From positions 117,888-181,887 of the forward strand of contig CAVVWM010000011.1 of assembly GCA_963751955.1 (NCBI GenBank): a stretch of DNA of 64,000 nt. Direction: 5' to 3'. The notes below the pieces were generated by a model, which saw only the letters and a program-made list of their open reading frames with translations, was not told where the DNA came from and did no database searches. Source of the DNA: an uncultured Acidimicrobiales bacterium (GTDB taxonomy: Bacteria; Actinomycetota; Acidimicrobiia; Acidimicrobiales; SZUA-35). Shown in pieces: positions 1 to 10,555 of this stretch (position 1 is its first letter; the number at the start of each line of letters is the position of its first letter). Position numbers and translations under genes: made by a program.

Positions 1-454
1 CCTGACGGGTGTCCACGTAGTTGGCAATGAAGGTGTTCACAGCGTCGGCCGCGAAGCTGGGATCCACATCGGAATAACTCAGGTCGAGGCGTTGGCTCGA
101 GGGGATGTACGACACATCGATTTTGCGGCGCAGCTGTGCGGCCGACACGCTATATCCCTGGCTTCGGAGTTGCTGGCGAACCTCGTTGGATATTGCGTTG
201 CCGATCAGGCGCGAGCGCTCGAGTTCGAGGTTTCCGGCTACAGGGTTGCCGTTGGTGCTGTTCACCGGACTCAAACCAACCTCGATTTCACCAAAAGCCG
301 TGTACCGATTCTCGGTCCCAGAGGTGACAACAAAGGCGAGGGCAAAGAAGAGAAGGGTTGTGGCAGCGACTACCCACTTTCGATTTCGTATGGCCGCCAG
401 GTAATCCTCGAGAGTAGTGACGTCGTCTTGAACGAAGTTGTTGTCGGGGACCAT
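1..454 (-). CDS. Polysaccharide co-polymerase (Wzz/Wzc family), N-terminal part; runs off the window start
   Basis: Manual translation from ATG at 454: MVPDNNFVQDDVTTLEDYLAAIRNRKWVVAATTLLFFALAFVV...RYTA, which matches the Wzz N-terminus (L.DY..I..RKW + TM + Y.A). The frame is open to base 1 and is not in the ORF track because it has no stop. Confidence 0.8.
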   Translation of the reverse strand, partial: MVPDNNFVQDDVTTLEDYLAAIRNRKWVVAATTLLFFALAFVVTSGTENRYTAFGEIEVGLSPVNSTNGNPVAGNLELERSRLIGNAISNEVRQQLRSQGYSVSAAQLRRKIDVSYIPSSQRLDLSYSDVDPSFAADAVNTFIANYVDTRQ

Positions 455-550
455 GAGGATCTTTCAGAATTAGAGGTACGCCAGGCCTGCCGCTAGCTGG
501 CGTGATCAACAGCCCAGGTTACTCGCTGGTTTCTCGTCTCACCTGAGTTG

Positions 551-2660
551 TCATCCCAGCTGCCGCCCACTCGGCCTAGGCCAAAAGTACTTGGTGAGTA
601 GGCCGAGCACGCCGAGCCCAGCCAGCGGGATCTCGAGGGGCACGGGCACTTGGGGAATCGGTTCGCTGTCGAAGGCAAGAACGTCGGGTGCTGCCGATTT
701 CGGAACCGCATCGCTTGCTCCCTGAGCCGGGCTGGGTTGCCCAAACGAGAACGAATTGGCTCGAGAACTGGCATTCTCAGCGGCCGCTGGCGATGGGGCC
801 ACTATCCCCGCTCCTCCTTCAATGCGGCCAGCATTGTCGCCGACAGCGACCGCGGGGTCCTCGTCGATATCCGTCTCAAAGGTCACAGTGTTCTCGGTGG
901 TGGGCAGACTGGCCGCTACCGGTGAGACACCGCTGTCGGACTCCAGAAGTGTCGAGGTCGAAGATCCCGCTGGAGCAGGGTCGGCGGCTGATGTGGTCGA
1001 GGTTGCAGGCGTTGCAGGCCCATCGGAGGGGGGACCATCGAGGGTTGTCGGGGGTCGTGGGACCTCGGTTGAGGTCGAATCTGTCCGGCCCCTCCGTTGT
1101 GGTCGGCGACGGATTGGCAGGATTCAGGTTTGTCGTGGTCGGTCCGAGGGTTGTCGATGAGTCGGTTGTCGGCGGCCGTGAATTCGCCGGCCCCGTCGTG
1201 GTCGGAGGTGTAGTGGTCGGAGGTGGCGGTGACGATGTCGGAACCTGAGTTGTCGTCGGTTGTAACGTCGTCTGAGGCGAGGTGGTTGGGGCCGGCGCAG
1301 AGCTCGAAGACTCCAGAGCCCCGAGGTCAACCGTGCCGCCCGCCACCCGGGCAGCGCCAGCAAGGTCCCGTGCCATGACAGCATTGAACTTGTTCGTTCC
1401 CGTATTGACAGCCGGTGAACCGTTTTGGAGCTGGAAGTTCGCTGGGTTCGGGTTCGTCGATGGACTGTTGGCCACCGCTGTTCCAGGGGCCACCCGTCGG
1501 TCGTCGTTTGAGGCTCCGTTGTACTCCGGTGCGGTGTCCGCCACATAGAGGTTCTTCACGAATCGAATGTTGCTGGAATCGAAGACCCGCGCCGGTTTCA
1601 GCCCGTTTCTCGAGAACACCAAGTTGTTGGCAAACTCGATGTCGCTCGAGTAAAACGCCCCCAACTCGCCGCCAGAGCTCGCGATCTCCGGTGTCTTCAG
1701 ATTGCGGTACACGGTGTTGTTCACGACGTCGACGTGCTTGGACTCATATATCTGAATTCCCCGGCCACCGTTGTCGATACACAGGTTGTTGGCGATCAGC
1801 GTCCGACCGCTGTAGTTGTTGATATTGGTCCGATCCATGATGATGCAGTTGCCATCGGTGAAACGGCCGAGGTGGTCCCGAATCTTGTTCTCCACCTGGT
1901 AGATCACGTTCCCCGTGATGTAGTTCGAGTACCCGTTGCTGTCGTTGCCGAAGCCCATGTTGAAACTCTCGAGAATGGAGATTCCACTGTGCTGGCTCGG
2001 CTCCACTTCGGCCACGTTGTGAATCACATTGTCTCGGACCTCCACGTGGCTCGAACCGGTGACGGGGACCCCTCCGGCCCCGAATCCGGAGATCCTGTTG
2101 TTCAGAATTCGAACATGGTGGTTCTTGGCTGGGCCATAGATGGAGTCGACGTTGATTCCCGCGCCGGAATAACTCGATGAACCCCCGGTGGGGTTGCCGA
2201 CCAGCTCGAGGTTCGAGACCTCGATGTAACTTGCGCCTTCCACCTTGATCCCGTTGGACTGGTTACTGCGCAAAATCGGCGTCGCTCCAGGCTGAGCGGT
2301 GACGGTAATCCAGGCATCGGGAGTTCCGGAACGCTCTATGACGACTGCTGAATCGCCGCGTTCGTTCTCGAAGAACTCGCCCTCCATCACGAAGAGGGTG
2401 TCGCCCGGATTGAGCTGCTTCACCGCATATGCGACCGTCTTGAAGGCCTGATCCGGCGAAGTGCCCGAGTTGTTGTCGCTGCCTCCGGGAGACACGTATT
2501 TGCCGACCGGAGCTGCCGCCGCGCCAAGCACGGCAGCGCCTTCGGCCTCGAGGGAATCTCGGGCCTCTTCGGTTGCGCATGCAGCAAGGAACAACCCAAG
2601 AAACGCAGCGACAGCGGCGACACGGCAAAAGCGTCCTGATCGGCGGAGATCCAGGGGCAT
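551..2660 (-). CDS. Lipoprotein with right-handed parallel beta-helix (pectate-lyase-like) domain, long P/T/S linker and C-terminal membrane anchor; one frameshift near 1085
   Basis: ORF 876..2660 has a lipobox (FLAAC), YVSPGGSDNNSG..PDQAFKT and LNPGDTLFV motifs, and Asn-ladder repeats. Removing one base at about 1085 joins it to the frame of ORF 551..886 (TDSTSTEVPRPPTT...VPVPLEIPLAGLGVLGLLTKYFWPRPSGR). Confidence 0.75.
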
Positions 2661-2795
2661 GTACGTTCATCGTCATAATCCGAAATCGGTTGAGCAATTT
2701 GTGGGTAGCCTCACCCAGCGGACAGCCCTCGAGCCGATCCGAATACCTGTGCACTGACCCACCGACAGACCCGACTCAGAAAGTTCCTGCAGAAC

Positions 2796-4055
2796 ATGGA
2801 TCCACCGGCATCTTCACGGCCACTACGAGCCCTACTGGTGTGCCACTCGTGTTCACCTAGCGGAGGTTCTGAAGCAAGGATGACCTGGCAGTGGGTCGTC
2901 CACCTCGCTGAAGCCGGAGTGAACGTGACCGCTCTGGTCAACCGCGCCGACCCGACCGCTCCCATAGATCCCCGCAGCGCTCCCCTTCCCGACTCGGTGC
3001 CGAAATCATTCGAACCGGAGTTCATCGCCGTTGAGCCGCCCCGGCTGTCGCGTCGCCTTCCGGTCAACGTGTACACAGCGCTCGACTACCAGGGTTGGCA
3101 GCGGAGAGCGCTGAAGGTCGCCAGGACGCTGCACTCCAAGGACCCCTTCGATGTGGTGCACCATTTGTCCTGGGCCAGCATCCATCATGGCACCCAGTTG
3201 GTGAAACTCGATGCGCCCTTCATCCTCGGACCTGTGGGTGGCGGGACAACGAGCGCGGTGGGTTATGCCGACTGCTACCCGACCAGCTGGAAGTACGAAC
3301 AGCTCCGCAATAATTTGGTCAAGGCCGTTCGTTTCAATCCGGTCAGCCGATCATTGGTACACAATGCTGACCTGATTCTGGCGTCGAACCCCGAGACCCA
3401 GTCAGTGTTGGCATCGATGGGCGCTCACGATGTACAGATCATGCTCGACGATGGCGTCGACCCAAACGATCTGCGGACCGAACCGGTGGCCCAGTCCCAA
3501 GATGGACCGCTCCGAGTTCTTTGGGTCAGTCGAATCATGGAGCGCAAGGCGCTGGGTATGGCGCTCGACGCAGTTCGCACGGCCGCCGAACGAGCCGACA
3601 TACGAATGACTCTCATGGGTGACGGGGAGCACCGCTACGTGGTGGCCGACGAGATCGAGGAGATGGTCGAGGCCGGGACGCTGGTCGACCATGGTTGGTC
3701 CGATCAGGACAGTCTCGATGCGGCCTTCGCATCTCACGACGTACTCCTTTTCAACAGCGTGCGAGACAACGGCAGCGCCCCACTGCACTCGGCTTCGGCG
3801 TCTGGAATGCCAGCCGTGGTAATCAACCATCAAGGCCCGGGCGCCATCACTTCACCGAACTGGGCCATCCAGGTTCCGCCTACGACAACGGCTCAGTCCG
3901 CCTCCGACATCGCCGACGCGCTTGTCGAATTGGCCGCGGATCGGGATCGCCGAGTTCGGATGGGCGCTGCTGCGCTACAGGCAGGCGCCAGCAACACCTG
4001 GCCGGCACGGGCCGAGAAGATGCAGCACCATTACCAAGCAGTTCTCCACCACTAG
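2796..4055 (+). CDS. Glycosyltransferase family 4 (GT-B)
   Basis: N-terminal LLVC..CSP..GSE motif, RIMERK motif, and C-terminal FNSVRDNG..LHSASASGMPAV segment typical of GT4. Confidence 0.85.
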   Translation: MDPPASSRPLRALLVCHSCSPSGGSEARMTWQWVVHLAEAGVNVTALVNRADPTAPIDPRSAPLPDSVPKSFEPEFIAVEPPRLSRRLPVNVYTALDYQGWQRRALKVARTLHSKDPFDVVHHLSWASIHHGTQLVKLDAPFILGPVGGGTTSAVGYADCYPTSWKYEQLRNNLVKAVRFNPVSRSLVHNADLILASNPETQSVLASMGAHDVQIMLDDGVDPNDLRTEPVAQSQDGPLRVLWVSRIMERKALGMALDAVRTAAERADIRMTLMGDGEHRYVVADEIEEMVEAGTLVDHGWSDQDSLDAAFASHDVLLFNSVRDNGSAPLHSASASGMPAVVINHQGPGAITSPNWAIQVPPTTTAQSASDIADALVELAADRDRRVRMGAAALQAGASNTWPARAEKMQHHYQAVLHH

Positions 4056-4119
4056 CCGACCTTGCCGGCCTCGTGGGCTTTCATCGATGAAACCTCAGAC
4101 GTTCACAGCTGCGGTCAGC

Positions 4120-5571
4120 TCAACGCCTCAAGACCGAAAGCCGGGCCTGCCGTCCCTGATCGATCAGGTCGTTTCGGTACTCCGGCAGAGCTAGCAGCAC
4201 GATCGCTGGCACGAAGAGAACGGGAAGCCACCCATTGCTAGGCAGAAAAGCCGTGAGGCTGGCAGGCGCCAGAGCGAAGATCCATGGAATGTAGCGACGG
4301 TAGGTGGGTATGAAGATCTTCCGTACCGGCCCTTCCAGTGTCAAGAAGCTTGCTGTGGAAGCAACCGCAGCAAGCCCCAACCCGATTTCACCGAATCTCA
4401 GCGTGAGGGGAATGGCGGCAGCAACGGCAATGGCGACCTGGAGTATTCGCTGCAATGTTGCGCGCTTGGGCTGTTCGGTGACCCGTAGCACGTTGCCGTG
4501 CAGATCGAAGCTCACCGAGATGAGCTGGAACAGACACAACAGTCCCAAAACCGGCAGCGCCGGTCCCCATTCGCTGTCGGCAGTATTGATGATCAGTGGC
4601 AGGAACAGCGGTGCGGCGAAGGCAACCCCGGCGATGATCACGCCGGTGCTGAGGAGGTGGAGAACCACGCCCTGACTGTGCGCCCGTCGTAGTCGTAGCG
4701 GATCGTTCTGCACCTTGGCCAGGCTGGCCATCGCCACCTGGTCGACCGCGACCCTCAAGACGGCTGTGCGGTTCGCTATCCGCTGAGCCGCGCCCACAAC
4801 CCCTGAACCTCCGGTCCCCAGCACGACGCCAGCGATGAGGATCAGAGACGAATCGAAGGCATGGATGCTCGCGTCGTAGATGGCATAGGGATACCCGCGT
4901 CGAATCTCTTTCTTCCACGCAGCCAAATCGAGGTTGGCGGCAGGTCTGTAGCCGGCCCGCCAGAGAAGCCCTCCCGCCATCGTGGAACTCATCGCGATCT
5001 GCCCGATGACCGGCGCCACGAATCCGAAGTCGAGAAGTGCAAGCGGAATGGCAACGACGTAGAACACGAAGTCGGCTGAGACCTCGACGAGACCTCGTTC
5101 GCCGAACCGCAACTCGCGGTCCATCTTGACTCTGGATGCAATCCCCTGGAGATCGATCGCCAAGGCCAGCGCCACACCCGATCCGGCGTACACCACATGG
5201 CTTCCCGATTGGCGACCGAGGCCAAGAAGAACCGCTGACAGCACCACGAGAAGAACGCCGACAAACCCGTTGTGGGTTGCCACGAGATCGAACGCTTTCT
5301 TGGGGGGTTCGTCGCCGCGTCGTGTCAGGTAGGTCGGGATTCCCAGTTGGAGCAGCAGGCCGGCCGGCACCGCTAGAGAGATCGGAATGACATACGCCCC
5401 GTAGGCCTCTACACCCAGGAGCCCGATCATGGCGAAAACGCCCACAACGCGGATCACGTTGCCGACACCTTGGCGAAGCAGAAGATGCACGCTGCCGCGC
5501 ATCACCTGATTCTTGAATTCGGGGTCCTCTCCTGCGGAGGAATGCTGCGGCTCGACCTCAGAATCCACCAT
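4120..5571 (-). CDS. wzx: Wzx-type oligosaccharide flippase (MOP/PST family)
   Basis: Multi-TM hydrophobic ORF (4120..5628) in a polysaccharide locus. Start placed at the ATG (5571) that overlaps the GT2 stop (TGATG). Confidence 0.8.
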   Translation of the reverse strand: MVDSEVEPQHSSAGEDPEFKNQVMRGSVHLLLRQGVGNVIRVVGVFAMIGLLGVEAYGAYVIPISLAVPAGLLLQLGIPTYLTRRGDEPPKKAFDLVATHNGFVGVLLVVLSAVLLGLGRQSGSHVVYAGSGVALALAIDLQGIASRVKMDRELRFGERGLVEVSADFVFYVVAIPLALLDFGFVAPVIGQIAMSSTMAGGLLWRAGYRPAANLDLAAWKKEIRRGYPYAIYDASIHAFDSSLILIAGVVLGTGGSGVVGAAQRIANRTAVLRVAVDQVAMASLAKVQNDPLRLRRAHSQGVVLHLLSTGVIIAGVAFAAPLFLPLIINTADSEWGPALPVLGLLCLFQLISVSFDLHGNVLRVTEQPKRATLQRILQVAIAVAAAIPLTLRFGEIGLGLAAVASTASFLTLEGPVRKIFIPTYRRYIPWIFALAPASLTAFLPSNGWLPVLFVPAIVLLALPEYRNDLIDQGRQARLSVLRR

Positions 5572-6569
5572 CAGCGATCGGCCCGACCGCGCTGTTCCAA
5601 AACCTTGGAGAAGAACTGGGGTGGCCAAGCGAGGAACGAACGGGCCGCATATTTCACGAAGTCACCTTTTCGACCATCGACCAAAGCGGCTCCTGAACGG
5701 CGGAACATGTGTCGGCTGCGGACCATCCGATCGTGAGCAAATCTACGAACGAAAGGTTGGCTGTCCATTGATGCCTTCCAATCCTCGAATGATGGTTCCA
5801 ACTCCCCTCGATCCAGGCAGCGCACGCATTCTTCGAAGTACTCATATCGTTGGAATTGATGCCCGAAGTTCTTGGCGCTGTCGGAGCCGTCATGGATCCT
5901 GAAGCCAAATTGCCGGCTGGTCTGGGTGAGGCTCGGCCATAGACGACCGATGTAACCGCTCAGCGCAACGTCCATAGCCGATCCGAATCGCTCCTGAAAT
6001 CCCCCCGCCGCCCGAGCGGCTTCAGTGTCGAAAATGATCGCTGGAAAGCAATACTGGACCGGAGTGGAGTTCTCCCGATACGACTCCCATTCTTCCAATG
6101 TGACTGGACCAACGTCCATCCTTCCCAGACGAACTGGGCTGTCGAAGTCGCCACCAACACGGTGAACCCACGATCCGAGCATCTTCAGATCCTCGACGTC
6201 GTTGAACATCTGTATGGCTTCTGTGAAGCGATCACCAAAGACGATGTCATCGTCTCCCATGAAGTTGACCAGTGGTGTTGTGACGGCGTCGAGCGCGGTC
6301 TGATGGGACTGGGTGACGGGGAGCCGCTGTTCGATTCGTAGTACGTTGACCGGACCTCGCCATCGCCTGACAAGATCTTCGACGGCGGGCCACGTTTCGG
6401 CCGACGCTTCGTTCAGAAGCAGCTGCAAGGTAGGGCCGGGAGGAGTTGTGTCCACAAGGCTCTGGAGTGCGGCCCGCAGTGCCTCGGGACGATCGACGGT
6501 GCAGATATTGACGGTCAGATCCGCCAACGTGAGCGGCGATGCCGTGCCACTCGAACCTGAAATGTTCAT
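5571..6569 (-). CDS. Glycosyltransferase family 2
   Basis: LTVNICTVDRPEAL start motif and FMGDDD (DxD) motif of the GT-A fold. Confidence 0.85.
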   Translation of the reverse strand: MNISGSSGTASPLTLADLTVNICTVDRPEALRAALQSLVDTTPPGPTLQLLLNEASAETWPAVEDLVRRWRGPVNVLRIEQRLPVTQSHQTALDAVTTPLVNFMGDDDIVFGDRFTEAIQMFNDVEDLKMLGSWVHRVGGDFDSPVRLGRMDVGPVTLEEWESYRENSTPVQYCFPAIIFDTEAARAAGGFQERFGSAMDVALSGYIGRLWPSLTQTSRQFGFRIHDGSDSAKNFGHQFQRYEYFEECVRCLDRGELEPSFEDWKASMDSQPFVRRFAHDRMVRSRHMFRRSGAALVDGRKGDFVKYAARSFLAWPPQFFSKVLEQRGRADR

Positions 6570-6690
6570 AGGAGAACAGTGTGTCAGGCAGAAAGCACAG
6601 CAGTTGACCGATCGTGTCCCATTGCCTGCCGGTATCGTCCGATCGGACTACGACGAGATCCAACCACACGTAAGAGGAAATCCGACACCA

Positions 6691-7863
6691 ATGGCCCGAA
6701 TACTATGGCTCTCCGGCGAGTATCTGCTACCTGCGGACTCGGGGCTGTATCGATACAGCCTCGACATGATGAATGCCCTGGCTGAGATGGGCCACGATGT
6801 CTATGCCATCGGGCGGCGCAGAGGCCGCGACGACGTTGAGGAAACCACGGCCAACTGGAAGCTCCTGCCCCACCGCCAGCCACCGATGTGGCGCAAAATG
6901 TTGAACCGGTTGCCCGTGAAGGTCGTCGAGGTTTGGGACAACGACTACGACGATGCGATAGTGGCAGCTCTTTCGGAGTTCAAACCTGAAATCGTGTTGT
7001 TCGATCACCTGCACGTTGGCGCCGCGCTCGACGTACTCACCGGCCACGGAATCCCCTCTATATACGTTTCACAAAACGACGAGGCGCTCGTAAAGGCAAA
7101 GATGGTGCCGGCAGCAACAGGTATTCGTAAGCCGGCGCTGTGGATCGACATGAAGAAGATCCAGCGATTTGAGGACCGGCTTCTGAGCGAATGCGACGGA
7201 GTTAGTGCCATTTCAGTGGCCGATATCGAGACATTCAGCCAGCGAGGCACCTCAGGCCCGATCGTGCACACCCCGCCGAGTTACCGCGGGAAGCGGCAAG
7301 CAAGCAGGCATATCACATCGTCCACACCTAGGCGGGTTGCGATGATCAGCACGCTCTACTGGGGAGCGAAAATCGACAACGTCTTGTTGGCCCTGCGAGG
7401 GTTACGACCTGCGATCGAGGATGGCGTAGAGCTCGTCGTTTTCACCGGGGGCTACCAACCCCCCGCAGAGGTATCGGACCTCTATCCCACCGTAAGGTTC
7501 GAGGGTTTCGTGGACGATTTCGAGGCCGAACTGGCCGACTGCAGGATCGGGGTCGTCTATGAACCGATCGGCGGAGGATTCAAGATGAAGACCCTCGATT
7601 TCATCTTCCATCGTGTTCCCCTCGTCATCGGTGACACCTCGGCTGCGAGCCTCCCGCTGGTGCCGGGGGAAGGAGTCGAGCAAGCACATGACGAGATCGA
7701 GTTGGGCCAGATCGTGATGTCGATGATCGACGACATCGACCGGCTGAACCACCTACAGGAGTCGGCATTCAACACGTGCAGAGATCTCTTCACCGGCGAG
7801 TCGGTACGAGCGCTCTCAGAACTGGTCGATCGGGTCACTTCGGACCGTGTCGCGGACCGGTAG
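6691..7863 (+). CDS. Glycosyltransferase family 4-like (GT-B)
   Basis: MARILWLS...P.DSG, FE......D...AIS..D, GFVDD and GGGFKMKTLD motifs. ATG at 6691 follows AGAGGA; the 5' extension in the ORF track is antisense to the GT2 gene. Confidence 0.8.
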   Translation: MARILWLSGEYLLPADSGLYRYSLDMMNALAEMGHDVYAIGRRRGRDDVEETTANWKLLPHRQPPMWRKMLNRLPVKVVEVWDNDYDDAIVAALSEFKPEIVLFDHLHVGAALDVLTGHGIPSIYVSQNDEALVKAKMVPAATGIRKPALWIDMKKIQRFEDRLLSECDGVSAISVADIETFSQRGTSGPIVHTPPSYRGKRQASRHITSSTPRRVAMISTLYWGAKIDNVLLALRGLRPAIEDGVELVVFTGGYQPPAEVSDLYPTVRFEGFVDDFEAELADCRIGVVYEPIGGGFKMKTLDFIFHRVPLVIGDTSAASLPLVPGEGVEQAHDEIELGQIVMSMIDDIDRLNHLQESAFNTCRDLFTGESVRALSELVDRVTSDRVADR

Positions 7864-7872
7864 ATTCCTGGA

Positions 7873-8646
7873 GTGGCTTTGAACCCGAAACGGCGCGTCG
7901 ACGTACTCGGTGTGCATGTGAGCACGCTCGACCTACCCACAGCGGTCAACGAGATCGCACGATGGATCCAAGACGGCGAACGGCGCTACGTCTGCGTGCG
8001 AGACGCCCACGGAGTGATGCTGGCCCAGGATGACGAGATCTTCCGCAGAATCCAAAACGAGTCCGGCCTGACCACTCCAGACGGCATGCCGATGGTGTGG
8101 TGCGGACGATGGGCCGGCGAGAAGGACATGGACCGCGTCTACGGACCGGATCTGATCCGAGCGGTTTCCGAACGGGCCGACCAGGAGGGTTGGAAGTTCT
8201 TCTACTACGGAGGCAACGAAGGCGTCGCCGATGAACTCGCGGCCGAGATCAAGCGAGTGGCACCGGGGGTTCACAACGTCGGGACCTACTGTCCACCCTT
8301 CCGACCACTCACTCCAGACGAGCGTGGTGCCATCATCGAGCAGATAAACCACTCCGACGCCGACATTGTGTGGGTTGGACTTTCCAGCCCAAAGCAGGAG
8401 TATTGGATGGACGACGTGAGGAGTGAGCTCAACGCATCGGCCCTGATTGGAATAGGCGCCGCCTACGACATGCTTACCGGTCACGTTCGTCAGGCACCCC
8501 GATTCATCCAACGATCCGGCTTCGAATGGCTTTTCCGTTTGCTAATGGAACCCAAACGACTGTGGCGACGATACGTGCTCAATTTGCCGCGGTTCGTGTA
8601 CCTGTTACTCCGTAGAAAACCAAGGCTCATCGAGCCTGGGGACTAA
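7873..8646 (+). CDS. WecB/TagA/CpsF family glycosyltransferase (GT26)
   Basis: TPDGMP, RVYGPDL, VGLSSPKQE, IGAAYD and RAP-like/GFEWLFRL..EPKRLWRRY motifs. Confidence 0.93.
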   Translation: MALNPKRRVDVLGVHVSTLDLPTAVNEIARWIQDGERRYVCVRDAHGVMLAQDDEIFRRIQNESGLTTPDGMPMVWCGRWAGEKDMDRVYGPDLIRAVSERADQEGWKFFYYGGNEGVADELAAEIKRVAPGVHNVGTYCPPFRPLTPDERGAIIEQINHSDADIVWVGLSSPKQEYWMDDVRSELNASALIGIGAAYDMLTGHVRQAPRFIQRSGFEWLFRLLMEPKRLWRRYVLNLPRFVYLLLRRKPRLIEPGD

Positions 8647-8764
8647 GCGTCTCTCCAAGACGGCGCACCGACCAGGACCGGCGGAAACTGCTCCATCAGA
8701 ACCGAACTGAGTGTTGCGGGCAGTGGTCCGCCGCCCATCTCGGTAGCTGGTAACGTGTTCCCGC

Positions 8765-10384
8765 ATGACCCCGACGACGCAGGAGAGCGAGCTGGATCTC
8801 TCCGACTATTTACGGATTCTCCGAAAGCGTTGGCGATGGGCTCTGGCAGCATTCTGCACCGTCGTAGCTGCGGCGATCGCTTTTACCCTCCTGCAGCCCG
8901 ACTCCTACACGGCCGAAACTCGAGTCCTGGTAGGCCAAAGCGAGGCCGAATCGGTTGTGACAAACGAAAGTCAGAACACGTCTTTCCTGACGCGAACCCT
9001 TGCCAACGAGATCAGCCTGATCGAGGGAGACTCGGTCGAACGTCGTGTTGAGGCCGAGCTCGGCAGCGTGCCCAAGGTTTCCGTCGCGGCCGAAGGCGTC
9101 TCTGACGTCCTGCGTATTCAAGCCGTTTCAGGAACTGCGGAGGAAGCAGCCGAGGCCGCGAACGCCTATGCAACTGCGTATGTACGGGAGAAACAGGAAC
9201 GCTCCGCTGCAGAGATCACTGCTGCAACCGACAAGTTCAACTCCGACCTCGAACAGCTCGGAGAGGCACGGAGTGAGCTGCGGCTTCCCGTGGTCCAGCT
9301 ACAAACCAGGCTGGTCGGTGCTGTCACCGACCAGCGACGGGCACAATTGCAGCAACAAATCGATCTCGAGGAATACCGAATTGCACCACAGCTCAACCTG
9401 TTGGATGCTCGCATCAACGCGGTGGCCAAGGCTGTCACCGACCTCGAGCTCTCGGGCGCGTTCGCCGCAACCGGCTCCGCAGTTGTGGTGGAGGCGGCGA
9501 TCCCTCCGAGTTCGCCCTCTAATACCCCGCTTTCACGAAGCATCGCACTGGGCGTTGTTGCAGGCACGATTGTCGCAATCGCCGCCGCTCTCTTTGCCCA
9601 CACTCTCGACCGAAACGTCAACACCGCCGACGACGTCCGTCAGCTCACCAACCTCCCGGTGCTCGGCAGCGTCCCATTGTCTGATGACGTCGAACGGCCC
9701 TCGCTCGATTTGCAAACGCTGGAGAGGCCTGAAAGCCCGGTGGGAGATGCCTATCACCGGGTTCGCACCGCCCTCCAGTTCTCCTTCCTCAGCCGCGACA
9801 TTCGTTCGGTGCTCGTCACTTCCGCCAACCCTGCTGAAGGTAAGACCACTACATCCATCAACCTCGCCGGCGCACTCGCTGCCATCGGTTCGCGCGTGAT
9901 TCTGGCCGATTTCGATTTTCGACGGCCACGCCTCCACCAGATCTTCGACATCGAGATGATTCCCGGTCTGAGCGATCACCTGCTGGAGGGAACCCCGCTT
10001 CACGAACTCGCCTTCACAGTTGCGAGCGCTAACAACTCCCTCGTCGTTCTCCCATCAGGATCGACGCCACCGAGCCCTGGCGATCTGGTCTCCACCCCGG
10101 CGTTCGCTGATCTGGTTCGCCTCGTCGAAAAGGAGGGCGATATCGCGGTGTTCGACGCTCCGCCGGTGCTTCCGGTGTCCGATGCCGTAACACTTTCGCG
10201 ACTCGTCGACGCGGTCATTGTCACGGCCCGCGCCGGCTCAACCCATCGGGATGATCTACGCCGCACGGTCGAGACGTTGCAACAAGTGGGAGCAGAGATC
10301 GCCGGGATCGTTCTCGTAGGCGCTGACAGCCCCGATCAGTACTACCGCTACAAGTCTGATTCTGGCAAAATCGCTAAGAACTAG
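8765..10384 (+). CDS. wzc: Fused polysaccharide co-polymerase / BY-kinase (Wzc-like)
   Basis: Wzz N-terminus (LDLSDYLRILRKRW + TM), second TM, Walker A TSANPAEGKTT, DFDFRRP, Walker B FDAPP, and C-terminal Tyr cluster QYYRY. Confidence 0.9.
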   Translation: MTPTTQESELDLSDYLRILRKRWRWALAAFCTVVAAAIAFTLLQPDSYTAETRVLVGQSEAESVVTNESQNTSFLTRTLANEISLIEGDSVERRVEAELGSVPKVSVAAEGVSDVLRIQAVSGTAEEAAEAANAYATAYVREKQERSAAEITAATDKFNSDLEQLGEARSELRLPVVQLQTRLVGAVTDQRRAQLQQQIDLEEYRIAPQLNLLDARINAVAKAVTDLELSGAFAATGSAVVVEAAIPPSSPSNTPLSRSIALGVVAGTIVAIAAALFAHTLDRNVNTADDVRQLTNLPVLGSVPLSDDVERPSLDLQTLERPESPVGDAYHRVRTALQFSFLSRDIRSVLVTSANPAEGKTTTSINLAGALAAIGSRVILADFDFRRPRLHQIFDIEMIPGLSDHLLEGTPLHELAFTVASANNSLVVLPSGSTPPSPGDLVSTPAFADLVRLVEKEGDIAVFDAPPVLPVSDAVTLSRLVDAVIVTARAGSTHRDDLRRTVETLQQVGAEIAGIVLVGADSPDQYYRYKSDSGKIAKN

Positions 10385-10555
10385 TAGGCGAGCCAGGGCT
10401 GGGTATCGACCTGTCGTTTTCCTACCAGGAATGGTGCCTATTAGTTCCGTCTGATGGGACTTCTGCTCTATCCTGGGGTTCCGCGGGCTCAAAACGGTGG
10501 GCTTCAATAGCGGTACCGGCCTCAGTGAACCGGCGGCCAACAAGGGATTGGCATC

